DNA of 46,372 nucleotides, taken from Minisyncoccota bacterium. GTDB taxonomy: Bacteria > Patescibacteriota > Minisyncoccia > Minisyncoccales > GBS-2. The notes beneath the pieces are model-generated. The model made no database searches and was not told where the DNA came from. It saw only the letters and a list, made by a program, of their open reading frames with translations. Shown here piece after piece: positions 42,163 to 46,372 of the stretch. The stretch lies in contig CALHEE010000012.1 of NCBI GenBank assembly GCA_938023415.1, positions 1 through 46,372 on the forward strand, read 5' to 3'. A program made the translations under genes and the position numbers. The first letter of the stretch is position 1; every line of letters starts with the position of its first letter.

Positions 42163-43542
42163 ATGAAGGGGAAAATTTTTTTCTTTTTTTTCGGATTTTT
42201 AGTTTTTTCAATTTTGCTTTTTCTTGGTTTATGGTACCTTTTTCTTCAAAATAAAAGAGAGGCTCAAAATTTTCAACGAAGAATTGAAAGGATATTAACC
42301 ATAATTCAAGAGAAAAGAGTGCCCCCTGAAAATTTTCTCTCAGGTAGCTTTCCTGTTTTATCAGAGAGAGATTTTTTGGAAAAAGTCAAAGAGGAATTGA
42401 TAAAAGAGAAAATAGATTTTTTGTTGGCTGACCTCTCAGAAAAAAAACTTATTTTTTTTGAAAAGGGAGAGATTAAAAAAGAATATCCTATTTTGGCCCA
42501 GGGAAAGGAGGGTTCTTTTTGGGAAACCCCCATCGGTTTTTACCAAGTAGTTTCTAAAAATAAAAAAGCCTTTTCTGTTTTGGGAAATGTTTACATGCCC
42601 TATTCTTTACAATTTCAGGGTAATTTTTTTATTCATGGTTGGCCTTATTATCCTAACGGTCAGCCAGTTTCTTCTAATTTTTCCGGAGGTTGTATCAGGT
42701 TATCAACTGAAGACGCAAAAGAAGTTTTTGAAAAGGTGAAAATTGGCACACCCATTGTCGTGACAAAGCCTTCAATTTTGAAAGATCATTTTGCCTTTCA
42801 GATTAAACCACCCGCTCTTTCGGCCAAAGCCTATTTAGCTGGGGACCTGAAAAATAATTTTCTCTTTTTAGAAAGGAATTCTGAAGAAGTTTTACCTATT
42901 GCCTCTATTACTAAATTGATGACTGCCCTGGTGGCGGTGGAACATTTAAATTTGTGGCAAGAAATTAAAATTCAAGAAAGCGATTTGATTTTCACTTCCA
43001 ACCCGCGCTTGAAACCTGGGCAACGGTGGAGTGGTTTTGATTTGCTCTATCCCCTTTTAACCGAATCTTCTAATGAAGCAGCAAAAGCTTTGGCTAGATT
43101 TCTGGGAGAGAGGGAATTTGTTTGGTTGATGAACAAAAAAGCTAAGGCTTTTGGCTTAGAAAATACCCACTTTGAAGATAGCTTTGGAGGGGGCGAGGGG
43201 AATGTTTCTTCAGCTAAAGAGTTATTTTTTTTCGCAAAATATCTTTATCATAATCGCCAATTTATTTTGAATCTCACTCGGGGAAAAATTTACCATCACT
43301 TAATCTCTAGAGATTTAAAAGATCTCAAAAATTATAATTGTTTTGCTGAAAAAGAAAATTTTGTGGGTGGGAAGGTTGGGAAAACAAAAAAAGCAGGAGA
43401 AGTTTTGCTTTCAATTTTTGAAGTAGAATTTGGCAAGGAAAAAAGGCCAATTGCCATTATTGTTTTAAACTCAAATGATAGTTGCCAAGATGGTGAGGAA
43501 ATCTTAAATTGGATAGAAAAAACTTATCAGGCCAAATTTTGA
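42163..43542 (+). CDS. Fusion protein: L,D-transpeptidase (YkuD) domain + D-alanyl-D-alanine carboxypeptidase (peptidase S11/PBP5-like) domain
   Basis: Signal anchor MKGKIFFFFFGFLVFSILLFLGLWYLF. YkuD catalytic block FIHGWP...SGGCIRL. Then SITKLMTA (SxxK), SSNEAA (SxN) and KVGKTKKAG (a KTG-like box). The ORF track starts at TTG 42157; I prefer the ATG at 42163. Confidence 0.75.
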   Translation: MKGKIFFFFFGFLVFSILLFLGLWYLFLQNKREAQNFQRRIERILTIIQEKRVPPENFLSGSFPVLSERDFLEKVKEELIKEKIDFLLADLSEKKLIFFEKGEIKKEYPILAQGKEGSFWETPIGFYQVVSKNKKAFSVLGNVYMPYSLQFQGNFFIHGWPYYPNGQPVSSNFSGGCIRLSTEDAKEVFEKVKIGTPIVVTKPSILKDHFAFQIKPPALSAKAYLAGDLKNNFLFLERNSEEVLPIASITKLMTALVAVEHLNLWQEIKIQESDLIFTSNPRLKPGQRWSGFDLLYPLLTESSNEAAKALARFLGEREFVWLMNKKAKAFGLENTHFEDSFGGGEGNVSSAKELFFFAKYLYHNRQFILNLTRGKIYHHLISRDLKDLKNYNCFAEKENFVGGKVGKTKKAGEVLLSIFEVEFGKEKRPIAIIVLNSNDSCQDGEEILNWIEKTYQAKF

Positions 43543-43613
43543 TTTTTCTTTCATAATTTGATATCCTTTCGGTAGGGAAGAAACTGGTCAAAAATAAAAG
43601 ATTTTAAAAAGGC

Positions 43614-44798
43614 ATGATCTCTGCCTTAGATATTGGCACAGCGAAAATAAAAGTTTTAGTTGCTGAGAGAGATAAAGAAGGGAATTTAAAGGTAATTTCA
43701 AAAATGGAAAGGGAAGGAGAAGGAATTAGAAGGGGAGTGATTGTTGAGCCAGAAAAAGTCTCTTACATTTTAAGTGATCTCTTTCAAAAATTATCTCGGG
43801 AGGTGGGGCAAAAGATTGATTCAGTTTACCTGAGCGTGAACGGTAGTCATCTCTTTTCTTTAATTTCCCGCGGTTTAGTCTCTGTTTCTCGAGCGGATCA
43901 AAAAATTTCTAACGAAGATGTTCAAAGGGTAGTTCAGGCAGCAGAAGCAATTAATCTTTCTTCCAATCGAGAGATTTTTGAAGTAATGGTCAAAGAGTTT
44001 ATTATCGATGGCCAAACCCGAGTTAAAACAGCAGTCGGCCTGGAAGGAGTGAGGTTAGAAGCTGAAGCCTTGGCCATCGGAGGTTTTTCTCCTTATTTAG
44101 AAAATCATCGCCGGGCGGTTCTTGGAGCAGAACTGGAAATTTTAGATTTACAACCTGCTCCTTTAATGGCTGCAAAGGCTGTTCTTAGTGAAAAGCAAAA
44201 AGAGTTAGGGACAGCGGTGCTGGAGATTGGGGCAGGGACAACCGGCCTGGCTGTTTTTGAAGAAGGCAATTTACTTCATTTGGCCGTCTTGCCTATCGGT
44301 TCAGCAAACATTACCAATGATATCGCCATTGGTTTGAAGATTGATGTTGAGGTCGCGGAAAGAATAAAACAAGAATATGGCACCTGTGTTTTTCAAGGCA
44401 AGGATAATCGTTTAAAAATTGAGCTTGACGATTCGTTTTTCGTTTTTTCAAAAAAGTTTTTAGCCAAAATTATTTCTGAAAGACTGAGTGAGCTTTTCAA
44501 CCAAGTTAATGAAGAACTAAAAAAAATTGGAAAAGAAAAACTTTTACCTGGGGGTATCGTCTTGAGCGGGGGAGGAGCGAAACTGCCAAAGATCATGGAA
44601 TTGGCTAAGGATAAGTTTCGCCTTCCCGTAAAAATGGGGAAGTTACAGGGAGAAGGAATAGAGCAAGATCTTAGTTTTGCCGTCGCCTGGGGACTTATTT
44701 TACACGGAGCTGAGTTAGAAAGCGAAAAAAAAGGAAGTCGGTTCTCCCAAGGGGTGATTTCAAAATTAAAAAATTTTTTTAAGACTTTTATCCCCTAA
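43614..44798 (+). CDS. ftsA: Cell division protein FtsA
   Basis: Actin-fold motifs LDIGTAKIKVLV, EIGAGTTG and LSGGGAKLP. The C-terminal amphipathic segment (VISKLKNFFKTFIP) looks like a membrane-targeting helix. Confidence 0.9.
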   Translation: MISALDIGTAKIKVLVAERDKEGNLKVISKMEREGEGIRRGVIVEPEKVSYILSDLFQKLSREVGQKIDSVYLSVNGSHLFSLISRGLVSVSRADQKISNEDVQRVVQAAEAINLSSNREIFEVMVKEFIIDGQTRVKTAVGLEGVRLEAEALAIGGFSPYLENHRRAVLGAELEILDLQPAPLMAAKAVLSEKQKELGTAVLEIGAGTTGLAVFEEGNLLHLAVLPIGSANITNDIAIGLKIDVEVAERIKQEYGTCVFQGKDNRLKIELDDSFFVFSKKFLAKIISERLSELFNQVNEELKKIGKEKLLPGGIVLSGGGAKLPKIMELAKDKFRLPVKMGKLQGEGIEQDLSFAVAWGLILHGAELESEKKGSRFSQGVISKLKNFFKTFIP

Positions 44799-44803
44799 AG
44801 TTT

Positions 44804-45721
44804 ATGGTTAAAATCAAAGTGGTAGGCATCGGTGGTGCTGGAGGAAATACCATTTCCCGAATGAAAAAAAGAAAAGTGGAGGGAGTGGAACTGATTAGCA
44901 TTAATACTGACTATCAAGATTTAATCAAGGCCAAAGCAGATATAAAATTGAGGATTGGCAAAAATACTACCCAAGGATTAGGAACCGGAATGAGACCTGA
45001 GCTCGGAGAAATGGCGGCTAAAGAAAATATTCAAGAAATTAGGCAAGTTTTAAAAGGAGCGGATTTAGTCTTTATTACCTATGGAGCAGGAGGTGGTACA
45101 GGTTCTGGGGCAGGTCCGGTTGTCGCCAAAGTTAGCAAAAATTTAGGAATTTTGACGATCGCAGTGGTAACAAAGCCTTTTTCTTTTGAAGGCCAGACGA
45201 GAATAAGAATTGCCCAAGAGGGGATCGAAAGATTAAAGGCAAATGTTGATAGTCTTATTTCTATCAGTAATGATAAGCTTTTAGAAATTTTAGAGCCCGA
45301 AACTCCAATCAATTCTGCTTTTTGGTTTTGTGATCAAATTTTAAGAGAGGCAGTTGAAGGAATTTCCAATCTCCTTATTCAACCAGGAATAATCAAAATT
45401 AACTTTGCTGACCTCAAATCAATCCTCAAAAATTCAGGCACTTGTCTTTTTGGCTTTGCCAAGGCGGCGGGAGAAAAAAGAGCAGAGAGAGTAGTTAAAT
45501 TGGCCATTCATTCTCCTCTTTTAGATTTTAGTCCCAAGGGGGCAAAGGGAATTTTATTTAATGTTTCCGGTCAAAATCTTTCCCTCAGCGAAGTGGAAGA
45601 AATTGGCAAAACTCTTCTTAAAGAGCTCAATCCTCAGGCAAAAATTATTTTCGGAACAGTTCAAGAGAAAAACTTGAAAAAAGATGAGATTAAATTGAGT
45701 ATTATTGCGACCGGATTTTAA
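44804..45721 (+). CDS. ftsZ: Cell division protein FtsZ, core only (305 aa, no C-terminal linker or tail)
   Basis: IKVVGIGGAGGN, GLGTGMRPE.G, the tubulin signature GAGGGTGSGAGPV, and NFADLK. The protein stops right after ...LSIIATGF. Confidence 0.93.
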   Translation: MVKIKVVGIGGAGGNTISRMKKRKVEGVELISINTDYQDLIKAKADIKLRIGKNTTQGLGTGMRPELGEMAAKENIQEIRQVLKGADLVFITYGAGGGTGSGAGPVVAKVSKNLGILTIAVVTKPFSFEGQTRIRIAQEGIERLKANVDSLISISNDKLLEILEPETPINSAFWFCDQILREAVEGISNLLIQPGIIKINFADLKSILKNSGTCLFGFAKAAGEKRAERVVKLAIHSPLLDFSPKGAKGILFNVSGQNLSLSEVEEIGKTLLKELNPQAKIIFGTVQEKNLKKDEIKLSIIATGF

Positions 45722-45789
45722 GCATGGGGAAAACTTTTGCTTTTCAATTGAAAAGCCTAGGTTGACTAAACATTAGAGAAATAATTAAA

Positions 45790-46372
45790 ATGAATTATTC
45801 TTCTATGGAAAATAAAATCAAGAAAGTTCAGAAAAGAGATGGGTTAATTGTTGATTTTGATCAAAGGAGGATTGAAGAAGCCATTTTTAAGGCCTTGACC
45901 GCAAGTAACGAGGGTGACGGAAAAAAAGCAAAGAGACTCGCTCAAAGAGTAGTCCAAATTTTAAATCGGCGATTCAAAAGAGAAGAAATTCCTCATGTCG
46001 AACAAATTCAAGACATCGTCGAAGAAGTTTTAATTTTAGAAGGATTAGTCAAAACCGCCAAAGCTTATATTTTATACAGAGAACAAAGAAGAAGGATTAG
46101 AGAGGCAATTAAATTTTCCGAAGAGGCAGTGGAAAGGTTGGATCAATATTTGGAAAAATTAGACTGGGAGGTTCAGGAAAACGCCAACATGGCTTTCTCT
46201 TTACAGGGTTTAAATCATTATGGTGTCTCCTACATCGTTAAAAAATACTGGCTCAATAAAATCTATCCCCCAGAAATTAGGGAAGCATATGAATCTGGAG
46301 ATTTTCATATCCATAATTTAGATACATTAGGGCCTTATTGCGTAGGTTGGGATCTTTATGATTTGCTTTTGA
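45790..46372 (+). CDS. nrdD: Anaerobic ribonucleoside-triphosphate reductase, 3'-partial (runs off the window)
   Basis: I translated this by hand, and the frame is open from the ATG at 45790 to the window end. The ATP-cone is VQKRDGLIVDFDQRRIEEAIFKA ... KTAKAYILYREQRR, followed by QENANMAFS, GDFHIHNLD and YCVGWDL, which are typical of class III NrdD. An alternative start is the ATG at 45805. Confidence 0.85.
   Translation, partial: MNYSSMENKIKKVQKRDGLIVDFDQRRIEEAIFKALTASNEGDGKKAKRLAQRVVQILNRRFKREEIPHVEQIQDIVEEVLILEGLVKTAKAYILYREQRRRIREAIKFSEEAVERLDQYLEKLDWEVQENANMAFSLQGLNHYGVSYIVKKYWLNKIYPPEIREAYESGDFHIHNLDTLGPYCVGWDLYDLLL

Noticed and set aside
45739-45756. The perfect palindrome gcttttc-aatt-gaaaagc just after ftsZ, considered as a possible terminator.
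   Set aside because: The stem is AT-rich, only 7 bp long, and is not followed by a T-run (ctaggttgac follows). It might still be a weak attenuator or a protein-binding site, but I cannot support a call.
1-46372. An alternative genetic code (UGA recoding, as in some candidate phyla), CRISPR arrays, IS elements or integrases, and rRNA.
   Set aside because: All conserved genes are intact under the standard bacterial code, and TGA is used as a stop (e.g. smpB, argS). I found no spaced direct-repeat arrays, no transposase or integrase-like ORFs, and no rRNA-like sequence while reading through the window.

Overview
This is a 46.4-kb, AT-rich window, roughly one third GC by my hand counts of single 60-nt lines. 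It is very tightly packed, with many 4-nt ATGA start/stop overlaps, and consists almost entirely of housekeeping genes. The Lys-rich proteins, scarce Shine-Dalgarno sites, shortened core proteins and standard genetic code suggest a reduced-genome, CPR/Patescibacteria-like bacterium; that assignment is inference only.

Gene content:
- Translation: six aminoacyl-tRNA synthetases (argS, ileS, glyQS, metG, leuS, hisS), an smpB-ssrA-infC-rpmI-rplT string, rpsU, pth, rsmI, tsaC and tsaD.
- Stable RNAs: one tmRNA and two tRNA-Leu genes.
- Cell envelope: a UDP-GlcNAc/peptidoglycan precursor set (glmS, murA, a phosphohexomutase, a GlmU-like enzyme, a sugar kinase).
- Other: a two-subunit 2-oxoacid:ferredoxin oxidoreductase, topA-dprA-mfd, lepB, ftsA-ftsZ and the 5' part of nrdD.
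- I saw no CRISPR array, transposase, integrase or rRNA.

Most notable observations:
1. A complete, catalytically intact-looking histidine-phosphatase (PGAM-like) domain is inserted in frame inside IleRS, between the two CxxC halves of a zinc knuckle.
2. A roughly 1.7-kb cassette (23.7-25.4 kb) sits between glmS and the oxidoreductase genes. It is GC-richer, carries two convergent genes with strong Shine-Dalgarno sites, and shares a 12-bp bidirectional terminator. One gene encodes a coiled-coil plus NYN/PIN-like nuclease-fold protein; the other is a 160-aa orphan.
3. The smpB stop codon lies 30 nt inside the predicted mature tmRNA.
4. A tRNA-Leu ends 2 nt before the start codon of the next gene.
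5. FtsZ ends exactly at the globular core with no C-terminal tail, although ftsA is adjacent.
6. One polypeptide fuses an L,D-transpeptidase to a DD-carboxypeptidase.
7. Mfd is strongly shortened.

All family assignments come from motif recognition by eye. No searches were run.
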